Source: an uncultured Clostridia bacterium
GTDB lineage: Bacteria > Bacillota > Clostridia > TANB77 > CAG-508
DNA: 34,927 nucleotides
Assembly: GCA_944393335.1 (NCBI GenBank)
Contig: CALXZV010000003.1
Coordinates: 1 to 34,927, forward strand
Direction: 5' to 3'
The notes beneath the pieces are model-generated. The model saw nothing but the letters and a program-made list of their open reading frames with translations. It did no database searches and was not told the origin of the DNA. Positions 1 to 10,422 of this stretch are shown here, one piece after another (position 1 is the first letter of the stretch; every line of letters begins with the position of its first letter). Both the position numbers and the translations under genes were made by a program.

Positions 1-435
1 CTTCTAGTAACTGTAAACTTAAATTTTTGTAACCCGCAAAACAGCCAATTTATATCAAATGCTACTGAAATTAGATATATTAGCTGTATCAATTCAATTT
101 CAAAATAAGACGAATCGTTAATAAAAATATATATAATATATATTATTATTACAACTGATGTTACTATAAGTTGGAGATAATATATGCTAGAAAATACATT
201 GTTAAGTTTTTCTTTATTATCTCTATTTTTTGATACCTCTCTATTACCGATAGTTATTCATTCCTAATAATGCAAACATCATAAAATAACTTACTATTGA
301 ATATGTATATGAATATGTTCCAACACCTTCTGCCCCAATTGTTCGAGCAACATACGGAGTTGTTATGAACGGAATTATTAATATTAGTATTTGATAAGTT
401 GCATTATATATAAAATTTGATCTTAATTTGCTCAT
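1..435 (-). CDS. wzx: Polysaccharide flippase (Wzx), N-terminal part; +1 frameshift at CGG 247-249; runs off the left edge
   Basis: MSKLRSNFIYNATYQIL...ITTPYVARTIGAEGVGTYSYTYSIVSYFMMFALLGMNNY is followed by CGG TAA. The +1 frame continues open to the window edge as GNREVSKNRDNKEKL...FDINWLFCGLQKFKFTVTR, collinear with the intact paralog at 12790-14241. The ATG at 435 follows AGGTGG. Confidence 0.88.
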
Positions 436-482
436 TCTTTCCACCTACTAAATAATTTTTAATCATAAGAATACTTATAATA

Positions 483-1709
483 CTATTTTCTAATATTTTT
501 TTCCATACCTTTTGTTGTTAAAATTATTCCCAATGCCATAAAAATAGTTATTCCCATATAATGAACCAATATTTTACTTCCCACGCTAGAAATCAAAATA
601 TACGCTAATGTTGTATATGTAGCCACACTAATGTATTTTTTTTCTTTACTTTTATATTTAAAATTTTTATACATATCATATATCATTAAACAATATATGA
701 TTAAGCCTATATAACCTAATTCACCTAAAATCATAGGCCAAAAGTTATCATTCAAAAAATATCTTTGTTTTTGTGACAATCCATACCTATTATTAAATCC
801 ATATTTTTCATATAAATATGAATATTCATCTGCTGCAACATCAGATCCATAAGTAGCAAATCCTGCTCCAAATGGGAAATAGTCATTAGCAGTTACTATA
901 CCATATTTCAAAAGTTGAGCTCTAGGTGTTTCATCATTAAACAAATAGGTTTTTATTTGAGAAAATCCAACAACTATTATAACTACTACCCCTGCAAGCA
1001 TATATATCATATTTATCTTTTTCTTTTTTATTATAAATATATAATATAAACCTATAAAAGATACGAATGTAGCTAAAGAAATGGCTCTAAGAGTTAAAAT
1101 TATTATTATTAAAGAAAAAATAATAAATATTCCATTTCCTTTTGTATTATTAAATTCTTTATCAGCTAACAGGAAAATTAGCGTTACAAGCATCATAATC
1201 GCTAAACCTCCTGGATTGTTATATAGAAATTTGTATGACTTTATTCCGTACCTTATATCATATGTTAGTATATCTATTCCAAATATTAGGTTTATTATTC
1301 CTAATACTAAAATAACAGCTGTTATTACTTTTAATATTTTTACTATACTTCTTATTATATATTTTTTTTCCTCAACATATATTATATTAATTACTGAAAA
1401 ATAAATCAGAAAAACTTTTATATAAGAAAACACATCAATCAGTATAGAAGAGATTTTTATTTCATTTTTATTCAAAATATTACAAATTAATCCCCAAATA
1501 ACTATAACCATTAACAAGATAATCTGTTTTTTCTCATATTTAGTAAGTAATATTTTAGCATGACTAATAGCTATGAAAAAAAATATTAATACTATTACTT
1601 CATCTAAATATGAAGCAATAGGAATATAATTCATTAAGATTTCTTGAAAAAACATCAAGAACATACATAATATGATTAAATTTTTCTTAATACATCTTAT
1701 TATTCTCAT
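483..1709 (-). CDS. Polysaccharide polymerase (Wzy-like) multi-pass membrane protein
   Basis: 408 aa with about 10 hydrophobic segments, a C-terminal R...FPFGAGFATYG...DNFWPMILGELGYIG motif typical of Wzy/O-antigen ligase-like proteins, and a position next to wzx. Confidence 0.75.
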   Translation of the reverse strand: MRIIRCIKKNLIILCMFLMFFQEILMNYIPIASYLDEVIVLIFFFIAISHAKILLTKYEKKQIILLMVIVIWGLICNILNKNEIKISSILIDVFSYIKVFLIYFSVINIIYVEEKKYIIRSIVKILKVITAVILVLGIINLIFGIDILTYDIRYGIKSYKFLYNNPGGLAIMMLVTLIFLLADKEFNNTKGNGIFIIFSLIIIILTLRAISLATFVSFIGLYYIFIIKKKKINMIYMLAGVVVIIVVGFSQIKTYLFNDETPRAQLLKYGIVTANDYFPFGAGFATYGSDVAADEYSYLYEKYGFNNRYGLSQKQRYFLNDNFWPMILGELGYIGLIIYCLMIYDMYKNFKYKSKEKKYISVATYTTLAYILISSVGSKILVHYMGITIFMALGIILTTKGMEKNIRK

Positions 1710-1769
1710 AGCTAACCTCTTTTGTAAATTTCTTACAACTTACACAGTTTAAAATATCTAGTAATAACT

Positions 1770-2748
1770 CTATTTCCTATATATTCTTTTTATTTTTTTT
1801 AACATATTGGATAATTTTATTAACATATATTTTTTTCTTAGTATAGTAATTCTTTTACATAATCTATTAAATTGTTTTTTATCAATTTTATTTATATTAT
1901 TATTTATGATTTTATTTGGAATAATTAAAAAAGAATCCTTATTTCTATAATCTACTTCTACTTTTCTTTTCTGCAAATGTATATACATAAATTCTTTTCT
2001 TTTTACTCCGTTTTTTATTTTGTAATATCCATAAAGTCTACCAATATTGTCATCAACCTTATATTCAAAAATATACTTTCCATCTTTATTAGAATTATTA
2101 ACAAAAAAATTATTATATTTTATAGAAATATCAGCAATTGCTTCTGCATTATCATAAAGTTTTATACTTTTATCATTACATAGGCTTACTATTCCTTGTC
2201 CATATTTTCCTATTTCATCAAAAAAAAGTGATTCATCTGTTTGATAGGTTTTCTTATATATAAATTTACCATCTTTTTCATCCTTAAATTTCATAAAAGC
2301 CTTATTTATTTTTTTCTCATTTTTAAATAAAGAAAAATGTCCGATATTTATATATTTTTTCATAATTATTTAATATATCTTTTGTCAAAAATTGTTTCAA
2401 ATTTCCGAATATAACATCTAAATCACAATGCCCCCAAAAGTCAAAATCTTTTAAATATTCTTCAAAAATATAACCGTAAGCTGGTCTGTAATCACATAGT
2501 TTATATGGTCTGCTTAAACATATTTTAAAATCAAACTTACTTTGTATTTTCTCTTTCAGTTCTTGAAATGTTATGTTGACAACTTTTACATTTGAAGGGT
2601 ATACATACTTTTCTTTGTTATCCGTAAAGATTAAAAAATTTATTTCTGGATTATGCTCGCACGAATTCAGCCATAAATCAAAATAATTTGGAAAATCACC
2701 AAAATATGGTATAACAAGGCATATTTTAAATTTATTTTTATCTTTCAT
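1770..2748 (-). CDS. DUF6625-like putative glycosyltransferase; one gene split by a +1 frameshift at CGG 2341-2343 (about 325 aa joined)
   Basis: The N-part has IPYFGDFPNYF, PYKLCDYRPAYG and FWGHCDLDVIFG. The junction TAT CGG ACA read as TAT GGA CAT gives KIYKYGHFSLFKN. The C-part has FFDE and EFMYIHLQKR. Confidence 0.8.
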
Positions 2749-2867
2749 ATAAATTAAGTTTTAATCTCCTTTACTATAATTTTTAGAAATTATTGTTTAT
2801 TATTTAATTTTATCTTTTTCTACAATTATGACTTTTTTTATATTCATATAAACATATTTATTTCCGT

Positions 2868-3308
2868 TTATTTTTCTATTTTTAATTTTCCTATTTTTCT
2901 AGCAGGTATACCTGCCCATATTTCATTATCCCCTGTACTATTTAGTAAAACTGCATTTGCAGCAACTACCGTATTTTCTCCTACAGTAAGAGTTCCTTCC
3001 TTACATAAAATCTTAGCACCTGCACATATTATAGCATTCTTTTTTATATGAATTCCATTCATTTTACTTTCTGTATATGGTAAATATATATCTGCTCTTC
3101 CAATAGTTACATTTTGATATATTCTTACATTTTCTTCGATTACCGCTTTATTATGTATAACAGTTTCAACACTATTATGCGGAAATGATGCACCTTTTTT
3201 TATTATAGCATTCGAAGGTATATCTATCCCTTTACGCATTAATATCAGCCTTATTATTCTATTTAAAATTTTTCCTTTTCTTAATTTTATCCATGTATCG
3301 ACTTTCAA
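2868..3308 (-). CDS. Hexapeptide-repeat O-acetyltransferase (CysE/LacA-like)
   Basis: Left-handed beta-helix repeats IEENVRIYQNVTIG, IKKNAIICAGAKIL and VGENTVVAANAVL, then WAGIPARKI. The TTG start is uncertain. Confidence 0.8.
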   Translation of the reverse strand: MKVDTWIKLRKGKILNRIIRLILMRKGIDIPSNAIIKKGASFPHNSVETVIHNKAVIEENVRIYQNVTIGRADIYLPYTESKMNGIHIKKNAIICAGAKILCKEGTLTVGENTVVAANAVLLNSTGDNEIWAGIPARKIGKLKIEK

Positions 3309-3387
3309 TTTTTACAAAATGTAATTTATTATAATTACATATCTCCTTTCTTTATTTAATAAAAATCAATATTAGCTTTCAAAATCT

Positions 3388-4473
3388 TCATTTAAAAATT
3401 TTTTCTAAAATATCTTCTATCTCGCCTTGTTTTTCTTTTTCAACTTTAAATATCTTTTTCATAAATATCTCATTATTATCTATAATATTTTGAATTTTCT
3501 TATCTTTTTTTTCATAAGTATCAATTATCAAATCTTTTAAACCACAATCTTTAAATGTTTGAAAAATTTTTTTATTTTTCTTTATATCTATAAGAGCTAT
3601 AGGAAGTGCTCCAAATTTATAACCTAATAGTAACGAATGCATTCTATCACTAATATTCCAAGAAACATCACTATAGTATTCTTTGGCATTGTTTAAAGTT
3701 ATTTGCTCATCAACAAATATGGATGTATATTTTTTCTTAAAATACTCATAAAGTTCTTTGCAAAATCTTTTGTCTTCTAAAACCTGATATGTAAATTTTA
3801 TATTTATATTTCCATTAAACTTTTTAGATAACTGTCTCAAACTTTCTTCACATTTAGATATTAAAGTTAACTTATATTTTTCGTCATTCCAATCTCGAAG
3901 ATTAATAATTACATTATTATTTTTATTAATTTTCCTTGATTCTTCTTTTAAATAAAGCCATGACATATCAGGACACATTTTTGCTTTTTTTATACCAATC
4001 TTATGGCATAACTCTAAAGATTGAGTATCTCTAACTAGATATTCATTTATTGATAAACTTCTAAACTTTTCAGTTAGGGCTAAAACTTTAGTTATTGGAC
4101 CTATAGATATTCCTATTCGTATTATTTTTACTCCGCATAATCTATAAATAGCAAAAAGTATTCCTGCTAAAATATTTCTAATATTTTTCTTAAACCCTCC
4201 TCCGTAATTATGTCCAAGACCTGAGACAATGTAAACATTTTTATTTTTTGTTGCCTTTTTTATTTTTCTCACAAAATCTAATTCATTCTTACATATAATT
4301 TTTTCATTATTCTTTATACCAAGTTCATCAATAAATTTTTTTGGAATATCTTCACTACAGTTACATTTAACTTTTCCATATTTTCTTAGCGATTCTATCA
4401 AAGCTCTATTTATTAGAGCATCCCCAGTATTTGTATATTTTGTTTTTGTTTGATAAAAAATATAATTTTCCAC
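3388..4473 (-). CDS. Polysaccharide pyruvyl transferase family protein
   Basis: NTGDALI, LVRDTQS, CPDMSW and SDRMHSLLLG motifs. The probable start is the GTG at 4473 after AAGGAG, not the 4509 start in the ORF track. Confidence 0.8.
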   Translation of the reverse strand: MENYIFYQTKTKYTNTGDALINRALIESLRKYGKVKCNCSEDIPKKFIDELGIKNNEKIICKNELDFVRKIKKATKNKNVYIVSGLGHNYGGGFKKNIRNILAGILFAIYRLCGVKIIRIGISIGPITKVLALTEKFRSLSINEYLVRDTQSLELCHKIGIKKAKMCPDMSWLYLKEESRKINKNNNVIINLRDWNDEKYKLTLISKCEESLRQLSKKFNGNINIKFTYQVLEDKRFCKELYEYFKKKYTSIFVDEQITLNNAKEYYSDVSWNISDRMHSLLLGYKFGALPIALIDIKKNKKIFQTFKDCGLKDLIIDTYEKKDKKIQNIIDNNEIFMKKIFKVEKEKQGEIEDILEKIFK

Positions 4474-4528
4474 TTTTCTTTTTCTCCTTACTTTATCAAA
4501 TTTAGGCAATTTTTACTCATTTATATTG

Positions 4529-5660
4529 CTAAGCATAAATCATTTTTGTATCATAAATTTTCAAGAACTTATCGACTAACTTATCCCATATATAATTGTC
4601 ATTTATTGTTTTATGTTCTTCTTTTATTATATTTTCTTTAAATTCTTTATCTTCCAAAATTCTAACAATTTCATTTTCCCATAGTTTTATATCTAGCTCA
4701 CATATAATTCCATTTTTTTTATTATTTATCAAAACACTTGAACCACCATTCAAAGTAGTAACAACTGGTATCTTAAAATACATAGCTTCTAGCAAAACCA
4801 TACCAAAAATATCATATTCTGTTGGTAATAAAAAAACATCACATTTTCTATATACATCGGCAATTTCATTCTGAGACACTTTTTCTTTATAAAATATTTT
4901 ATCAAAGACTCCAGTCTTTTTCGCAAACTTGAATACTTTTTTTACGTATTTCTTTTTTCCTTTTCCTATTAAAATTAAATTCACATTTTTATTATTATCA
5001 TTTAAATCTTTCAAGAGATTAATTAAAAATGTAATATTTCTTCGTTCTTCTATTCTTCCGAATATATAATAATTTTTTTCCATTCATTGAAGGAAAATCA
5101 AATAAACTTACATCATCTTTTTTTATTTTATCTATTTTTTCTATATCTAAACCAACACCCACAGTTGTAACATTTTCAAATCCTTTGCTTTTTAAAAATT
5201 CTGTAGCTAAATTGCTTTTTGTTATAAAAGTTACCTTCTTATATTTTTTGTTTAAGAATATAGCATCAAAGAACTTACATTTCAAATTATAAAGTCTATT
5301 AAACTTACTATAATATGGACCATGATATATTACAAGCTTTTCTGGTATCTTTTTAAGTAGTTTTAAATTATACAGTTGATCGTATTCACTGCTTTGTACT
5401 ATGTCATATTTTTTTGTTAATTCTAATAGTTCTTTACCATATATGCCATTTTTAAAAAAATTTAAAGCCTTCATCCAAAAAATATTTATTTCACCATTTT
5501 CTACTTTTAATTTTTCTATTTTCGTCCTCGTCTTAGTAAATAATACTATATCGCATTGATTTCCCTTTTTTATCAGTGCCTTAGCTAAACCAATTTCTTG
5601 AACGTTATAATTAGTTATATCTATTTCATAAGGAAATAGTCTTACTATTAAAATTTTCAT
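4529..5660 (-). CDS. GT4 glycosyltransferase; one gene split by a +1 frameshift at CGG 5058-5060 (about 376 aa joined)
   Basis: The N-terminal GT-B domain ends KKLLYI-CGG. The +1 frame gives GRIEERRN, restoring the LLY(I/V)GR(I/L) start of the Glycos_transf_1 domain, followed by DVFLLPTEYDIFGMVLLEAM. Confidence 0.87.
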
Positions 5661-5690
5661 AATTCCCCCACTTATTGTTTGTAAAATAAC

Positions 5691-6803
5691 TCATTTTTTA
5701 TACAGTACTTCCAAATCACATACTATATTATTCCAACAATATTTATTTAATATATATTTCTTTATTCCATCTTTTTGATTCATTCTGTTTTTTAACATTG
5801 TCTTTAATTTTTTTTCTAATTCTTCTTTATTTCCTCGTTTAAATTTATTTGCAAAATTTCCAACGACCTGAATATTTTCCTCAATATCACTTACTAAGCA
5901 ACTACATCCATAGCTCATAGCTTCAAGTAATGATAATGGCATTCCTTCAATATCACTTGGCAGGCAATACAGGTAACAATTGCTATATAATTCTTCTAAT
6001 TCTCTTCCTTGAACAAATCCTGTCATAATAATATTGGGATTTCCTTTAACCATATCTTTTATTTTCTTTAAATAATCATCTGTATGGCTAGCCCCTCCTG
6101 CAATTACAAGCTTTTTATCTGTTTTTATATTATTATAGGCCTCTATCAAATAATGCAAACCCTTTTCTGGAACTATTCTTGCTAAAAATAATATATAACT
6201 ATCTTTATCAAGCCCATACTTCTCTTTTATAATTTTAGGTTCTCTTATTGTTGGAATATTTACTCCATTTGGTATAAAATTGGTATTTCTATTATATGTT
6301 TTTTTAAAATACTTTTCAACACCTTTTGACAAAACAATTATTTCATCAGCATATTTTGCAGCAATTTTTTCTCCAAACTTTATATATCTAGATGCTAGTC
6401 CGCCCCATTTAGACCTTTGCCAGTCTAATCCATGTATTGTAGCAACAGTTCGTATTCCAAATAAATGTGGTAACCAAAGCATTGCACATGAGCCTTCAGC
6501 GTGAAAGTGAATTACATCATAATGTCCAAATAAAGCTCTAACTGTAGCTAATATACTATAAAGAAGTGCATCAATTCCTTTTTTATTAATTGTAGGGATT
6601 GTTATTATTCTTACCCCTTTATACTCTTTAAGATTTTTGTTTTCTTTATCAGCATTTTTATCTTGAACATTTTTGCCTTTTCTATTATATACATCTACCT
6701 GATATCCATCTTTTACAAGGCGAGTCGATAGCTCTTCTACAACAACTTCCACTCCACCTTCTCTCGATGGAATTCGCTTATGACCAATCATTGCTATTTT
6801 CAT
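5691..6803 (-). CDS. GT4 glycosyltransferase
   Basis: MKIAMIG...GGVE, FLARIVPEKG and LPSDIEGMPLSLLEAMSYG. Confidence 0.92.
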   Translation of the reverse strand: MKIAMIGHKRIPSREGGVEVVVEELSTRLVKDGYQVDVYNRKGKNVQDKNADKENKNLKEYKGVRIITIPTINKKGIDALLYSILATVRALFGHYDVIHFHAEGSCAMLWLPHLFGIRTVATIHGLDWQRSKWGGLASRYIKFGEKIAAKYADEIIVLSKGVEKYFKKTYNRNTNFIPNGVNIPTIREPKIIKEKYGLDKDSYILFLARIVPEKGLHYLIEAYNNIKTDKKLVIAGGASHTDDYLKKIKDMVKGNPNIIMTGFVQGRELEELYSNCYLYCLPSDIEGMPLSLLEAMSYGCSCLVSDIEENIQVVGNFANKFKRGNKEELEKKLKTMLKNRMNQKDGIKKYILNKYCWNNIVCDLEVLYKK

Positions 6804-6807
6804 ATTT

Positions 6808-7986
6808 TTATTTCTTCTCCAATTGCTTTTTTATATCTTGATTTACAAATTCTTCTCCTGACATTTCTTTTAGTATTTCTCTTGAACTGTCTGATAATCC
6901 ATCATTTACAGGACAACTCAAATCACAAGTTGAACATTTATCTAACTCTTCCTTTGTTACTTTTCCATCTCTAAAATCTCTAACGATTTTATTCTCATAC
7001 ATTGAGTATTTCTTTTTCTTAAAGAACCTAAAGAATTTGTGTCTAATAACCCACCATGCAGGTACCCATATATATTTATGCATTGCAGGTGATACAGAGC
7101 CTATCATCCAACATTGTCTATCACAATGTCTAACTTTGTTTCTAACTTTTTCAGCTTTTTCACTATTCCATAGCTCGTCCCAAGTTTGTTCATTAAGATT
7201 TCCCATTACTTCTTTTTCTTTTGTGCCATTACATGGCATTACATCTCCATATGGATCTATAAAAAATGTATCAAATGCCATATCACATGGAAGTAATCTT
7301 TTTTGACCAAATATGTAATTAATTAATCCATGATTAAAATAAGCTCTAAACCATTTCTTTGGTTGATTTGTATTTAATAATTCATTAATTAATTTTTCAA
7401 ATTCTCCTGCGACCATCATTCTATCATGTATTATGTTTTTGTTTTCTACAAAGTAGAATGAATTATGTAAAGATGCTGTTGCAAATTCCATATTTAGTTC
7501 ATCTGATAATTTATACAATGGAACTAAGTCTTTAGCATTTGCATCTTGTACTGTCATTCCAAATCCTACATCTGGGTGTTTCATTTCGACTAATTTTTTA
7601 AGTGTTGAATAGCCTCTATTAAATCCATCTTGTAATCCTCTTATTTTATTATTTGTTTCTTCTAATCCTTCAATAGAGATTCTAATACCTACATTAGGAA
7701 ATTCTTTACATAAATCAATTATTCTATCTGTAAAAAATCCATTTGTAGATATTACTATTCTATCAGATTTCTTGTATAATTCTCTTACTATATCTTTTAA
7801 ATCTTCTCTAATAAAAGGCTCTCCACCAGTAATATTAGTAAAGTACATTCTAGGTAATTTTTTTATTGTTTCTAAACTTATCTCTTCTTCTGGTTTTGAA
7901 GGTCTTTTAAATCTACTACACATATTACATCTTGCATTACATCTGTATGTAACTATAACTGTTCCATTTAATTTCCTATTTGACAT
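6808..7986 (-). CDS. Radical SAM protein with SPASM/twitch domain
   Basis: CNARCNMC (CxxxCxxC), TGGEPF, ISTNG, and a C-terminal CDMAFDTFFIDPYGDVMPC...GNL...W...CDRQC. Confidence 0.92.
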   Translation of the reverse strand: MSNRKLNGTVIVTYRCNARCNMCSRFKRPSKPEEEISLETIKKLPRMYFTNITGGEPFIREDLKDIVRELYKKSDRIVISTNGFFTDRIIDLCKEFPNVGIRISIEGLEETNNKIRGLQDGFNRGYSTLKKLVEMKHPDVGFGMTVQDANAKDLVPLYKLSDELNMEFATASLHNSFYFVENKNIIHDRMMVAGEFEKLINELLNTNQPKKWFRAYFNHGLINYIFGQKRLLPCDMAFDTFFIDPYGDVMPCNGTKEKEVMGNLNEQTWDELWNSEKAEKVRNKVRHCDRQCWMIGSVSPAMHKYIWVPAWWVIRHKFFRFFKKKKYSMYENKIVRDFRDGKVTKEELDKCSTCDLSCPVNDGLSDSSREILKEMSGEEFVNQDIKKQLEKK

Positions 7987-9196
7987 CTTTCATTACTCCC
8001 TCATAAATTTTTATTATTTTGTTATAATAAGCTTCTTTTGAAAAGTTTTCTTTTGCTGTTTTTTTTGCAGTCTTTCCTAGTTCTTCTGCCTTATCCTTAT
8101 TTTCAAAAAGGACTTTCATCTTATCTATCAATTCATTAATATTATCGTACTTATATATTAAGCCTGTTTCATTGTTTTTAACAAGTTCAGGAATTCCACC
8201 TAAGTTGCTTCCAATTATAGGCTTTCCCATAGCTAAAGTTTCCAAAACTGAATAAGGACAATTTTCATACCAAACCGAAGGTACAACAATAAATCTTGCT
8301 TTTCGTACATATTCTTTTACTTGGTCAGAATTTAAAAAGCCTAATAATTTTATTTGATTTTCTAATTTATTGTTTTTTATATATTTTTTTACTTTCTCAA
8401 TATCAGGTCCATCACCTGCAATATATAGTTTATGATATTTTATATCTTTAAATGCTTTTATTAAATTAAGCACTCCTTTTTCTTTAATAATTCTTCCAAA
8501 GTAAAAGGCATAACCTTCATCTTCTATTTTTACATTGTAATCATCCATATCAATAAAATTATGTAAAGCAACTATTTTTTCAGGTTTTATTTCATCTTCC
8601 TCTAATTCTTTCTTATAGAATTCACTAGGTGTTATTATTCTATCAATTTGCTTTGAATATATCTTTTTGCTCCTATAATATTTTCCTTCAATCGCTCCTA
8701 ATAAACTCTTTAAACTAGAATTTTTAACACATTTTTTCTTTACGCAATTAATATATTTTCCATTCTTGCATTCATCGCAAATGTTTTTTTCTCTATCAAG
8801 CATTACTATTGCTGGGCAAATCGCTTGCAAATCATGAGCTGTAAAAACTATTGGTATATACCTTTTCTTTATTGGTTTAATTATTGATGCAGATAATTGC
8901 CTTTGAAAATTATTTAAATGCACAATATCTGGTTTAAAATCATTCAAAGCTTTTTCCATGGCCTTTTTATTTTTCTTTGAATATATTACATCTAATGCTT
9001 TAAATATATTTTTACTATTCATATCTGAATTTTCCACAAAGTACTCTTTGCAATCTGTCTTTATGTTCTTTTCGTCTTTCATAGAAAAGAAAGCTACTTC
9101 ATGACCATGTTCTTTTAATAATTTTGCTAAATCAAAATAATATTTTTCACTACCACCTTTTAGATAGTGAAATTTGTTTACAAGTAGAATTCTCAT
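7976..9196 (-). CDS. GT4 glycosyltransferase
   Basis: GGSEKY, YFGRIIKEKG and VPSVWYENCPYSVLETLAMG. Overlaps the radical SAM start, suggesting translational coupling. Confidence 0.92.
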   Translation of the reverse strand: MRILLVNKFHYLKGGSEKYYFDLAKLLKEHGHEVAFFSMKDEKNIKTDCKEYFVENSDMNSKNIFKALDVIYSKKNKKAMEKALNDFKPDIVHLNNFQRQLSASIIKPIKKRYIPIVFTAHDLQAICPAIVMLDREKNICDECKNGKYINCVKKKCVKNSSLKSLLGAIEGKYYRSKKIYSKQIDRIITPSEFYKKELEEDEIKPEKIVALHNFIDMDDYNVKIEDEGYAFYFGRIIKEKGVLNLIKAFKDIKYHKLYIAGDGPDIEKVKKYIKNNKLENQIKLLGFLNSDQVKEYVRKARFIVVPSVWYENCPYSVLETLAMGKPIIGSNLGGIPELVKNNETGLIYKYDNINELIDKMKVLFENKDKAEELGKTAKKTAKENFSKEAYYNKIIKIYEGVMKDVK

Positions 9197-9251
9197 TTTA
9201 TCACCTTTTTTATCATAATAAATAACTTAAAATTGTGTTTTTCTTTTTATA

Positions 9252-10421
9252 CTAATCCTTATTAAAAATATCCCTCGTATAAATTTTTTGTTTAACATCC
9301 TTTAGTTCACTTGCTACTCTATTTGCCATAATAACATCTGAATTTGTTTTAAAATACTCTAAATTATTTGTAACTTTACATCCGTTAAATTCTTCTTTAT
9401 TTAATGTAGGTTCATATATTATAATTTCTTTTCTGTGTTCTTTCAAAATATTAATAATATCTTGTATAGCACTTGATCTAAAATTATCAGAACCTGACTT
9501 CATAGTTAATCTATATATTCCTATAACTTTAGGATTTGTTTTTAAAACATCATCTGCTATAAACTTCTTTCTAGTTGCATTTGATTTTACAATTGCTTCT
9601 ATTAGATTTTGTGGTACATCTTTATAGTTTGCAAGTAATTGCTTTGTGTCTTTTGGTAAACAATAGCCTCCATATCCAAAAGATGGGTTGTTGTAATGAG
9701 TTCCTATTCTAGGATCTAAACATACCCCTTGGATTATTTCACTTGCATCTAAACCTTTTTTCTCTGCATATGTATCTAATTCATTAAAATATGCTACCCT
9801 CAAAGCTAAATAAGTATTTGCAAATAACTTTACAGCCTCTGCTTCTGTATTATTCATAAATAAAACATCTATATCCTTTTTTTCTGCTGCTTCAATTAAT
9901 AGATTTGCAAAAACTTTAGCTCTTTCACTTTTTTCTCCAACAATTATTCTTGAAGGATATAAATTATCATAAAGAGCTTTTCCTTCTCTTAAAAATTCAG
10001 GTGAAAAGAATATATTATCAATTTGATATTTTTCTTTAACCCTTTCTATATATCCTACTGGTATTGTAGATTTTACAACCATTGTAATATTATTGTCATT
10101 CATTGATTTTACTTTTTGTATAATATCTTCTACACTAGATGTATCAAAGAAATTCTTTTCTTCATCATAATTTGTAGGTGTACTAATTATAACATACTCT
10201 GCATCTTTAAATGCTTCCTTATAATCTAAAGTTGCTTTTAAATTTAGTTGCTTTTCTTTAAAGAATTTTTCTATATATTCATCTTGTATTGGTGAAATTC
10301 TTTTATTTATTTTTTCTACCTTTTCTGGAATAATATCTAATGCATATACTTCGTTATTTTGACTTAATAATGTTGCCAAAGATAATCCTACATATCCTGT
10401 ACCTGCTACTGCTATTTTCAT
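9252..10421 (-). CDS. ugd: UDP-glucose 6-dehydrogenase
   Basis: GTGYVGL Rossmann motif, PEFLREG and the catalytic [10 protein letters not shown]. Confidence 0.96.
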   Translation of the reverse strand: MKIAVAGTGYVGLSLATLLSQNNEVYALDIIPEKVEKINKRISPIQDEYIEKFFKEKQLNLKATLDYKEAFKDAEYVIISTPTNYDEEKNFFDTSSVEDIIQKVKSMNDNNITMVVKSTIPVGYIERVKEKYQIDNIFFSPEFLREGKALYDNLYPSRIIVGEKSERAKVFANLLIEAAEKKDIDVLFMNNTEAEAVKLFANTYLALRVAYFNELDTYAEKKGLDASEIIQGVCLDPRIGTHYNNPSFGYGGYCLPKDTKQLLANYKDVPQNLIEAIVKSNATRKKFIADDVLKTNPKVIGIYRLTMKSGSDNFRSSAIQDIINILKEHRKEIIIYEPTLNKEEFNGCKVTNNLEYFKTNSDVIMANRVASELKDVKQKIYTRDIFNKD

Positions 10422-10422
10422 T

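Noticed and set aside
1251-1253. AGG or CGA as additional shift codons
   Set aside because: AGG is in frame here (IRY) in an intact ORF, and CGA is in frame in ART (wzx) and EERR (GT4) without a break.
244-5660. Calling the split genes ordinary pseudogenes or slipped-strand phase-variable genes
   Set aside because: The motif-defined junctions are not in homopolymer or microsatellite runs, all share NNT-CGG, and both halves look otherwise intact. Pseudogenisation is not excluded but does not explain the shared codon.
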